Shown: one piece after another, positions 48,967 through 55,715 of the stretch
Layout: each line of letters begins with the position of its first letter
Numbering within the stretch: the stretch's first letter is position 1
Source of the DNA: Marinobacter sp.
Lineage (GTDB): Bacteria; Pseudomonadota; Gammaproteobacteria; Pseudomonadales; Oleiphilaceae
Length of the DNA: 55,715 nucleotides
NCBI GenBank assembly: GCA_041591245.1
Contig: JBFHSI010000001.1
Location: forward strand, 1-55,715
Direction of reading: 5' to 3'
Position numbers and translations under genes: made by a program
The notes under the pieces: generated by a model
Seen by the model: the letters and a program-made list of their open reading frames with translations, nothing else
Database searches by the model: none
Told to the model about the DNA's origin: nothing

Positions 48967-49452
48967 ATGAGCGGAACCAGCATTTATGATTTCAAGGTGA
49001 CGGATATCAAAGGCAACGAACAGTCCATGGCCGATTACCGGGGCAAGGTTCTGCTGATTGTGAATACCGCCAGCAAGTGCGGGTTCACACCCCAGTTCGA
49101 GGGTTTGCAGGCGCTGTACAAGGATCTGGCGGATCGTGGCCTGGAAGTGCTGGGTTTTCCCTGCAACCAGTTCATGAACCAGGATCCGGGTAACGAGGAT
49201 GCCATCAGCCAGTTCTGCAGCCTCAATTATGGCGTCGAATTTCCCATGTTTGCCAAGATCGAAGTCAATGGTCCTGATGCCCATCCCCTGTACCGGTTTC
49301 TGAAACAGTCGGCCAAAGGCGTTATGGGTTCGGAGAAGGTGAAGTGGAATTTCACCAAATTCCTGGTAGGCCGTGATGGCCAGGTGATCCGCCGCTACCC
49401 GCCAACCGCCAAGCCGGAAAGCATCCGGGCTGATATCGAAAAGCTCCTGTAA
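48967..49452 (+). CDS. Glutathione peroxidase (Cys type)
   Basis: NTASKCGFTPQ, FPCNQF, KWNFTKFL. Confidence 0.95.
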   Translation: MSGTSIYDFKVTDIKGNEQSMADYRGKVLLIVNTASKCGFTPQFEGLQALYKDLADRGLEVLGFPCNQFMNQDPGNEDAISQFCSLNYGVEFPMFAKIEVNGPDAHPLYRFLKQSAKGVMGSEKVKWNFTKFLVGRDGQVIRRYPPTAKPESIRADIEKLL

Positions 49453-49454
49453 TC

Positions 49455-49919
49455 ATGGATCCGGACAAGGATTTTCTGGCTCTGGATCATCAGGTCTGTT
49501 TTGCCCTGTATGCGGTCAACCGGGCGGTGACCGCCCGTTACCGGCCGTTGCTGGCAGAGCTGGAACTGACCTATCCCCAGTATCTGGTGATGCTGGTTCT
49601 GTGGGAGCAGGATCAGGCCGGACAGGTATGCTGTGTGTCCGACCTGGGCAAGCGCCTGCGTCTGGATTCCGGCACCCTCACGCCCCTGCTGAAGCGTATG
49701 GAGGCGAGAGGGCTGATCGAAAGGCAGCGCAGTCTTAGTGATGAGCGGGTTGTAACCCTGCCGCTGACGGCGGCGGGACGGGCACTGCGGGAAAGGGCTC
49801 AGGCGATTCCGGAACAGCTGCTGTGCGGACTGGATATTGCTCCGGAGCGGCTGACGGCCTTGCGCGAGGAACTGCGGTCGCTGCTCAGCTGTCTTGACGG
49901 CCCGGCGCCCAGCGGCTGA
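49455..49919 (+). CDS. ospR: OhrR/OspR-like MarR redox-sensing regulator
   Basis: LDHQVCFALY (sensing Cys), LTYPQYLVML, LDSGTLTPLLKR; co-transcribed with gpx. Confidence 0.8.
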   Translation: MDPDKDFLALDHQVCFALYAVNRAVTARYRPLLAELELTYPQYLVMLVLWEQDQAGQVCCVSDLGKRLRLDSGTLTPLLKRMEARGLIERQRSLSDERVVTLPLTAAGRALRERAQAIPEQLLCGLDIAPERLTALREELRSLLSCLDGPAPSG

Positions 49920-52218
49920 TAACAGTCCTCAGTTCAGTGCGGTTGTAGGGTTTTGTGATGTAGTCGTTCATGCCTGAGGTGATGCAGTCCTGACGGTCAC
50001 CCTGCATGACATTGGCGGTCATCGCGATTATCGGGATCTCTTTCCAGTCCGGATTCTGGCGGATTTTCCGGGTGGCCTCGTAGCCGTCCATAACCGGCAT
50101 CTGGCAGTCCATCAGCACCATGTCGTAATGGCTCATGGCCAGCAGTTCCAGAGCCCGGCGGCCATTCTCTGCGAGGCTCACCTGGTGGCCCAGTTTTTTC
50201 AGGAGACTGGTGGCTACCAGCTGATTGACCTGATTGTCTTCCACCAGCAGGATCTTCAGCGGTGCGCAGGGGGGTAAGGTTTCGGTTGCGCTGTCTGCTG
50301 GGACTCTGGTTCCCAGCTCCAGAATGCCGGCAGCCCGGCACAGGCAATGGTACAGCTCATCCCTGCGCAGGGGCAGGGACAGGACCTGGTGCCTGGCAGA
50401 GGCCGGAGGTACGGTTCCCAGTGTGCTGGCCAGAATGACACCTCGTCCCTTCCAGTTGTCCGCCAGAGTCGTGGCTTCAGGGTCCTTGTCTCCAACCAGC
50501 ATGAGCAGTATGCCGCCACTGGACTCGTCGCCATCTATGAGCGGAATATCCCAGGCATTGAGCTGGCTTTCCAGTGGTTTTCGGTACGGACTGTCCGCTG
50601 GTATGGACAGAAAAACGCCAATTTCCCGAAGTCTGGAGGCGCTATCCGGTAGCTTCCCGGCATCACCGGGTTCGTGTACCGGCTGGGGCAGGTATACGGT
50701 GAAGCGGGTGCCCTGGCCCTCGCTGGACTCCACCAGAATCTGGCCATGCATGCGCTCCACCAGTTGCCGGCACAGGGTCAGCCCCAGACCTGTGCCACCA
50801 TAGAGCCGGGTTGTGTCAGTATCGGCCTGGGCAAAGGGCGAGAAGATCTTGTGCAGGCCGTCACTGGACATGCCAATGCCGGTATCCACAACGTCAAGAT
50901 GAAGGCTGCCACCGGAATGACTGGCCCTGATATGAACGGATCCATTGTCGGTAAACTTGATGGCGTTGCTCAGAAGGTTGTTGACGATCTGGCGCGCCCT
51001 GGTGGGATCACCCAGGAAACTGTCCGGCAGTGCCGGATCGATATCGGTCACCAGATCAATGTGCTTGCGCCGGGCCTGCTGGGAATGCAGGGTAGCGCAC
51101 TCTTCAATCACATTGCGTACGCTGAAGGGAATGTTCTCCAGGTTCAGCTTGCCGGCTTCCACCTTGGCAATGTCGAGAATATCGTTGAGCAGCCCGAGCA
51201 GGCTTTCCCCGGCATTGAGTGCAATTTCCAGGCGGTTGCGCTGGGCTGGATCCAGCTCCCCCTCCAGAGCCAGTCCGAGCATGCCGAGAACGCCGTTTAG
51301 CGGGGTGCGTATCTCATGGCTCATGCTGGCCAGGAAGTTGGCCCGGGCCCGGGCCCGGCGTACCGCATCTTCTTTGGCCTTGATCAGGGCCCGGTTACCC
51401 CGTTGCAGGGCATCATTCTTCTCGGAAATCTCCCGGATCCGGTCATCCACTTCCCGCTCGAGTTGGCTGGAATAGTACTTCATGGCACTTTCAGCATTGC
51501 GCAGCTGGACCAGGCTGGAATCAACGGTTTCCAGGTGCCGGTTAATGATGTCCACCATAACGCCTATCTCGTCTTCCTGGTGGTTGTCCGGTAACGGCAG
51601 CCGGACTTTCCCTGGCGAGCTGGCCTGCACCTTGCCCAGTGCGCTGATGACATTGAGCATGGGCCGGGTGAGTACAAAATAGAAAATGGCGAACAGGGCG
51701 GCGGACAGGATCAGGCTCTTGATCAGGCCGCTGACCAGGGTATAGCTTGCCCGCTCCAGAAACTGCAGGCCGTAGTGATAGGTATCAATGGTAATGACCA
51801 GCTGTCCCAGGGGCAGATTGTCCAGCTGGGCCACGGCCAGTTCATGCCGGTACTCCCGATTGGGGCCGAACAGCTGATCACTGAGCCAGCGGTAAGGGGA
51901 ATCCTGGCTGCTGCGGCTGGCGCTGGCCATGACCTGGCCGTCGTGGTCCACTATCCGGGCGTCAACGGCGGCAGGATGGTGCAGGAGGCCTTCCAGCAGC
52001 TCTCCTGCGAGCCGGACGTTGATGTCATAGGCAATCTGGGAAGCCGGGCTGACACTGATCTGGATCAGGGCTTTGACCTCTTCCTCCATGGCTTTGCGGG
52101 CGCTGAAGTAATCCAGGGTGATCTGGACAATGTTGAGCACCAGCCCCAGCGCCATGGCAACCAGCACGGTATCGCGGGTCAGTCGGTAGGAAAGCCTGTG
52201 TCGGAAGGGGTTTGTCAC
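49885..52218 (-). CDS. sagS: Hybrid sensor histidine kinase/response regulator, SagS-like
   Basis: TM-periplasmic-TM-HAMP, SMSHEIRTPLNG, HATPase, C-terminal REC (LMDCQMP). N-terminal sensor and synteny with ospR-gpx match P. aeruginosa SagS as recalled. Confidence 0.75.
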   Translation of the reverse strand: MTNPFRHRLSYRLTRDTVLVAMALGLVLNIVQITLDYFSARKAMEEEVKALIQISVSPASQIAYDINVRLAGELLEGLLHHPAAVDARIVDHDGQVMASASRSSQDSPYRWLSDQLFGPNREYRHELAVAQLDNLPLGQLVITIDTYHYGLQFLERASYTLVSGLIKSLILSAALFAIFYFVLTRPMLNVISALGKVQASSPGKVRLPLPDNHQEDEIGVMVDIINRHLETVDSSLVQLRNAESAMKYYSSQLEREVDDRIREISEKNDALQRGNRALIKAKEDAVRRARARANFLASMSHEIRTPLNGVLGMLGLALEGELDPAQRNRLEIALNAGESLLGLLNDILDIAKVEAGKLNLENIPFSVRNVIEECATLHSQQARRKHIDLVTDIDPALPDSFLGDPTRARQIVNNLLSNAIKFTDNGSVHIRASHSGGSLHLDVVDTGIGMSSDGLHKIFSPFAQADTDTTRLYGGTGLGLTLCRQLVERMHGQILVESSEGQGTRFTVYLPQPVHEPGDAGKLPDSASRLREIGVFLSIPADSPYRKPLESQLNAWDIPLIDGDESSGGILLMLVGDKDPEATTLADNWKGRGVILASTLGTVPPASARHQVLSLPLRRDELYHCLCRAAGILELGTRVPADSATETLPPCAPLKILLVEDNQVNQLVATSLLKKLGHQVSLAENGRRALELLAMSHYDMVLMDCQMPVMDGYEATRKIRQNPDWKEIPIIAMTANVMQGDRQDCITSGMNDYITKPYNRTELRTVISRWAPGRQDS

Positions 52219-52274
52219 TAGGTTTGAGGATTCCGGTTGTGGGGCTGGTCGCTGCCGGCCCGGGTGTACGGCGA

Positions 52275-53048
52275 TCAGTCGTCGTAGTCAGCCTTTTTCT
52301 TCCACTCATCGTCGTGCAGGAAAGTATCCCATTCCCGGTCAAGCTTTGACTGGGATTCGGGAGAAGCTGTGTCTGTACCGGCCGCACTCATGGCTTCCAG
52401 TTCGCTGATCCGGGTCCGGAAACTCTTGACCGCTTTCATGGCCATGGGGTTGTCCCGGGATTTGCCCATTTCCGTACTGGCCAGATGGTAGGCATGAATG
52501 GCCTTGCGAATTTCATTCTGGCGGACATAGTCCCGGGCCTGGAATACATGCAGGTCGGCATGGGTCTTGTGTACAAGAAACAGGATATGCCGGAGGTTGG
52601 CCTTGGCGGTGGCGCCGTCAATACGCCGGCTTTTGTACATGGCCTCTACCATCCGGAACAGGCTCTGCAGCATTTCTTTGACCTGGGCGGATTTCTCCGG
52701 GGAATCAATCTTGACGAAAGATCGCTTATCCCGGTTTTCCAGAATCTCGTTCTTAAGAGCCAGAATATCTTCCTGCCATTTCTGCACCGGAAGATTGGAC
52801 TTGAGGCTACCCAGGTCGCGGCAGGCTTCTTCCATCTGCTTGATCAGCAGCAGCTTCAGGTCCGATGTCAGATACTGACCAGGGATCTCGGCAAGCAACC
52901 TGTGGGCCCGGTTATAGGTGTCCTCGCTGGCGGTGATTTTGCGCGTGCGCTCGATTTTTGCCCGTTCGCGCATCTGACTGATGACAATGATGACAATAGA
53001 GGCGATAACAATAGCAGCCAGTATCAGGACAATGGTGGTGGCATTCAT
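52275..53048 (-). CDS. Hypothetical membrane-anchored helical protein
   Basis: N-terminal TM, helical body, C-terminal DDEWKKKADYDD; GGAG SD. Confidence 0.75.
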   Translation of the reverse strand: MNATTIVLILAAIVIASIVIIVISQMRERAKIERTRKITASEDTYNRAHRLLAEIPGQYLTSDLKLLLIKQMEEACRDLGSLKSNLPVQKWQEDILALKNEILENRDKRSFVKIDSPEKSAQVKEMLQSLFRMVEAMYKSRRIDGATAKANLRHILFLVHKTHADLHVFQARDYVRQNEIRKAIHAYHLASTEMGKSRDNPMAMKAVKSFRTRISELEAMSAAGTDTASPESQSKLDREWDTFLHDDEWKKKADYDD

Positions 53049-53300
53049 CGGTCAGTAGTGACTCCGGTTTCCTTGGCAAGCGGTGGCAGAGCGTTCCTGG
53101 CCCAAGGGCAAGAAGCTGATTCAGTAAGTATAAGAAAGACTATCAGAAATACGACATTGATTTCGTATCTATATGTCAAAGTGGTGGTTGGTCATGGATT
53201 CAGTGATCCGGCATACTGGGGTATATTGTAGGGATGACCGAAGTGCCGGATTTTGCAGGGCCTTCGATTGCATTAATGTGCGTTTTGCCCGGAGTCATCC

Positions 53301-54311
53301 ATGGATATTTCCCGCGTTGATCTGAACCTGCTTGTATATCTGGATGTGCTGTTGCGGGAAAGGAATGTCACCAAGGCTGCCAATCACCTGGGAATTACCC
53401 AGCCGGCCATGAGTAATGGTCTGAGGCGGCTCAGGGATCTGTTCGGGGATCCGTTGCTGGTGCGTACCAGTGAAGGCATGACGCCGACCGAGCGGGCCAG
53501 GGAACTGCAGCCTCTGGTGCGAAGTATTCTGTCGGATATTGAGCAGGCGGTGCAGGAAAAGAATGCGTTTTCTGCCCTGGAAAGCCAGCGAGTGTTCCGC
53601 ATCATGGCCAGTGATTATGCCGAATCCTGTCTGATGCCCCGGGTACTGCGCCGGATCCGCCAGGAGGCCCCCCATGTGACTCTGGATGTACTGACCCCCA
53701 GTGATGTCAGCTTTCTGGATGTTGAGCAGGGCCGTCTGGACATGGCCATTAACCGCTTCGACAAGATTCCCCAGTCATTCCACCAGAAAACCCTCTGGAC
53801 CGAATACTTCGCCTGCCTGATGAATGCCCACAACCCCATACTGCGGGAACCCTTTACCCTGGACACCTATCTGGATGCCAGTCATATCTGGGTGAGCAAG
53901 ACCGGGTTCGGTGTGGGGGTTGGTGTCAATCCCAAGGATGTGCAGCGCCTGGGCTGGGTGGACGAGGCTCTGTCCCGTATGGGGCGTAAGCGTCAGATCT
54001 CCGTGTTTACCCGCCATTATCAGGTGGCCATGCTGCTGGCGGAGCAGCATGACCTGATTGCCACTTTACCGTCCCGGGCAGCCTGGCTACAGAAGGACAA
54101 TCCCAATCTGGTAGCCAAAATTCCGCCCTTTGAGATTCCGCCGTTTGACCTGAAGATGGCCTGGAGTCCGCTGCTGCAGCACAACGCGGATCATCGGTGG
54201 TTGCGCAAGCTTATTGCTGAGGTGGCGGAGGAAGTGGATGCGGAGTTCGCCCCCTTCGGTGCCCAGTTTGAAGCGGCAAAAATGATGCCGGGGCATCACT
54301 CACAAAGGTAA
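53301..54311 (+). CDS. LysR family transcriptional regulator
   Basis: DLNLLVYLDVLL.ERNVTKAA...TQPAMSNGLRRLR. Confidence 0.93.
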   Translation: MDISRVDLNLLVYLDVLLRERNVTKAANHLGITQPAMSNGLRRLRDLFGDPLLVRTSEGMTPTERARELQPLVRSILSDIEQAVQEKNAFSALESQRVFRIMASDYAESCLMPRVLRRIRQEAPHVTLDVLTPSDVSFLDVEQGRLDMAINRFDKIPQSFHQKTLWTEYFACLMNAHNPILREPFTLDTYLDASHIWVSKTGFGVGVGVNPKDVQRLGWVDEALSRMGRKRQISVFTRHYQVAMLLAEQHDLIATLPSRAAWLQKDNPNLVAKIPPFEIPPFDLKMAWSPLLQHNADHRWLRKLIAEVAEEVDAEFAPFGAQFEAAKMMPGHHSQR

Positions 54312-55265
54312 TTCCCTCAGCTCAAGGGATGGCTTGCCGGCTTCCCACATGCGCTGGAACTCTTCGGCAAGAAGCCTGGCCCGGCCGCTGTCGGAGAAAC
54401 AGGCAAAGCCTTCGGCTTTGTTGAAGTCCGGGCGGTGCAGAACGCCTTCCCGGTCCACCAACATAAAGGGCTGGTCTGCAATCGGGTAGTGGGGGTTGAC
54501 CAGACGTAGCTGAATCCGGCTGGGCAGTCGCCGCATCAGTTCAACAATCCTGTGCCGGCGCTCCACCAGCGGCCGGTCATTGTGAATCAGCAGACGAACC
54601 TCGGCCTGAGGGTGCTTCCTGGCAAGGGCGGAAACCAGTTCCCGGAACCTGTGCCGGTCATAGAGCTGGTGATCCAGAACCTGTTCGTACAGCCACAAGC
54701 GTTGTCTTGCCTGACCGGACAGGGAATCGGTGAGGCTGGCCATGGCGGATTCACCGGAAAAAGCCCAGGGGGCGTCGTCTGCCGCCAGAATCATGGGTTG
54801 TTCCCGCTGCCAGGCATCCTGCGCCACCAGCTGTGGGGCCAGGCAGCGCATGTCGAAATGGGGAATACCTGCATCGTCGTAGACGTCGGAGCATACATGG
54901 AAGCCGGTTTTCTGATAGAAGGGAATCGCATGCTTCTGGGCAGAGAGAACCACCTCCGAAAACTGCCCTGCGGCTTCTGAAACCAGGTGGCGCAGCAGGC
55001 GTTCGCCAACGCCATGCCCCCGGAATTCCGGAAGAATGGCCATTCTTCCGATATGGGCGGTTTCATCAAGCGTCGAAAACAGGCGGGCGGTGCCCACCGG
55101 GGTATTGTCGGGCAGCACCGCCAGATAGTGGTCGGCTATCTCGTCGGTATCATCCCACTCCAGCTCCGGGGGGACCTTCTGCTCATCAATAAAGACGGTC
55201 TGGCGTATGTTGCGGATGGAGTCCGGGGCCAGCTGCCAGCTGTATTTCCTGAATCTCAGATTCAT
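54300..55265 (-). CDS. GNAT (ElaA-like) acetyltransferase fused to a C-terminal domain of unknown function
   Basis: IRQTVFIDEQKVP, IGRMAIL...RGHGVG, FYQKTGF, DAGIPH, plus a second domain of about 150 aa. Confidence 0.85.
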   Translation of the reverse strand: MNLRFRKYSWQLAPDSIRNIRQTVFIDEQKVPPELEWDDTDEIADHYLAVLPDNTPVGTARLFSTLDETAHIGRMAILPEFRGHGVGERLLRHLVSEAAGQFSEVVLSAQKHAIPFYQKTGFHVCSDVYDDAGIPHFDMRCLAPQLVAQDAWQREQPMILAADDAPWAFSGESAMASLTDSLSGQARQRLWLYEQVLDHQLYDRHRFRELVSALARKHPQAEVRLLIHNDRPLVERRHRIVELMRRLPSRIQLRLVNPHYPIADQPFMLVDREGVLHRPDFNKAEGFACFSDSGRARLLAEEFQRMWEAGKPSLELRELPL

Positions 55266-55274
55266 AGTGGTGCT

Positions 55275-55715
55275 TTACTCGAAATAGACCGATCCCTGGT
55301 TGTACAGGGTGCACAGGAGACCCAGCAGAGCCTGGTCCCGGGCAAAGTCGGCCAGTTGCGTCATGTCGATCCGGGATCCGGCGCAGAGCAGGGGGGCCAG
55401 TGGCCGAGCGTCCCCTTTCAGCAGGTATTGTTCTCCGTCCACGAACAGGGCAGTTTCTCCATCCAGTTCGTGGTAGGCAAACCGGGAACCTTCGTTCCAG
55501 CGCAGTTGTCCCCCGTCGTCAATGGTTGGTGCCCGGAAGCCCACGGACAGGGTGATGCAGTCGTCTTCGGCTACGCCATAGTGGCCGATGGCCGGCGGCA
55601 GATAAAGCATGTCGCCGGGCTCGAGAACAACGGTTTCTTCACCGTCCCAGTCACTGAGGATGCGCAGAGGTGTGCCGGCAAGGCGGGGCGAGTTCTGGTC
55701 GCACTGGCCGCCAAA
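55275..55715 (-). CDS. roxA: Ribosomal protein uL16 hydroxylase RoxA/YcfD (5'-partial; apparent internal in-frame deletion)
   Basis: Frame is open to the window end: ...LEPGDMLYLPPAIGHYGVAEDDCITLSVGFRAP joined almost directly to the C-terminal LRWNEGSRFAY domain. Confidence 0.8.
   Translation of the reverse strand, partial: FGGQCDQNSPRLAGTPLRILSDWDGEETVVLEPGDMLYLPPAIGHYGVAEDDCITLSVGFRAPTIDDGGQLRWNEGSRFAYHELDGETALFVDGEQYLLKGDARPLAPLLCAGSRIDMTQLADFARDQALLGLLCTLYNQGSVYFE

Noticed and set aside
48967-49452. Selenocysteine recoding in the glutathione peroxidase
   Set aside because: The active-site codon is TGC (Cys) and there is no in-frame TGA.
53149-53251. Short inverted repeats upstream of the LysR gene (ATACGA-N8-TCGTAT; ATCCGGCA...TGCCGGAT)
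   Set aside because: Arms of 6-8 bp can occur by chance and no second copy or known motif supports them.

Overview
High-GC gammaproteobacterial chromosome segment. Gene content and order look like Marinobacter or a close relative (inference). I found no rRNA, tRNA, CRISPR array, IS element or prophage. Contents left to right: (1) an 11-gene envelope operon (35-10557) joining a DUF4266 lipoprotein and DUF3570 beta-barrel to three TPR-type proteins, a small secreted protein, an ExbB/TolQ motor subunit, two different ExbD/TolR subunits and a TonB/AgmX-like transducer, i.e. a relative of the myxobacterial Agl-Glt core machinery of unknown function here; (2) a perfect FNR/Anr box driving a DksA/TraR paralog plus a MacAB/FtsX-type ABC exporter; (3) a DUF2238 protein and a DASS transporter; (4) a C39 peptidase / OM transporter / FadL-like / MalM-like lipoprotein module (Fil/Fap-like) with no adjacent substrate gene; (5) polysaccharide deacetylase, DnaJ-like protein and ttcA; (6) a complete cbb3 oxidase locus ccoNOQP-GHIS; (7) tusA, dsbD, epmC, rhlB, pdxB; (8) a terminator-bounded N-methylproline catabolic islet (putP-like, proC-like, TetR, stcD) with visible operators and an unlisted 49-codon leader ORF; (9) htpX-hyp-alaA-gpx-ospR-sagS-like block; (10) LysR, a GNAT fusion and the 3' part of roxA/ycfD, which appears to carry an in-frame internal deletion. 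All family assignments come from motif recognition and memory, not database searches.
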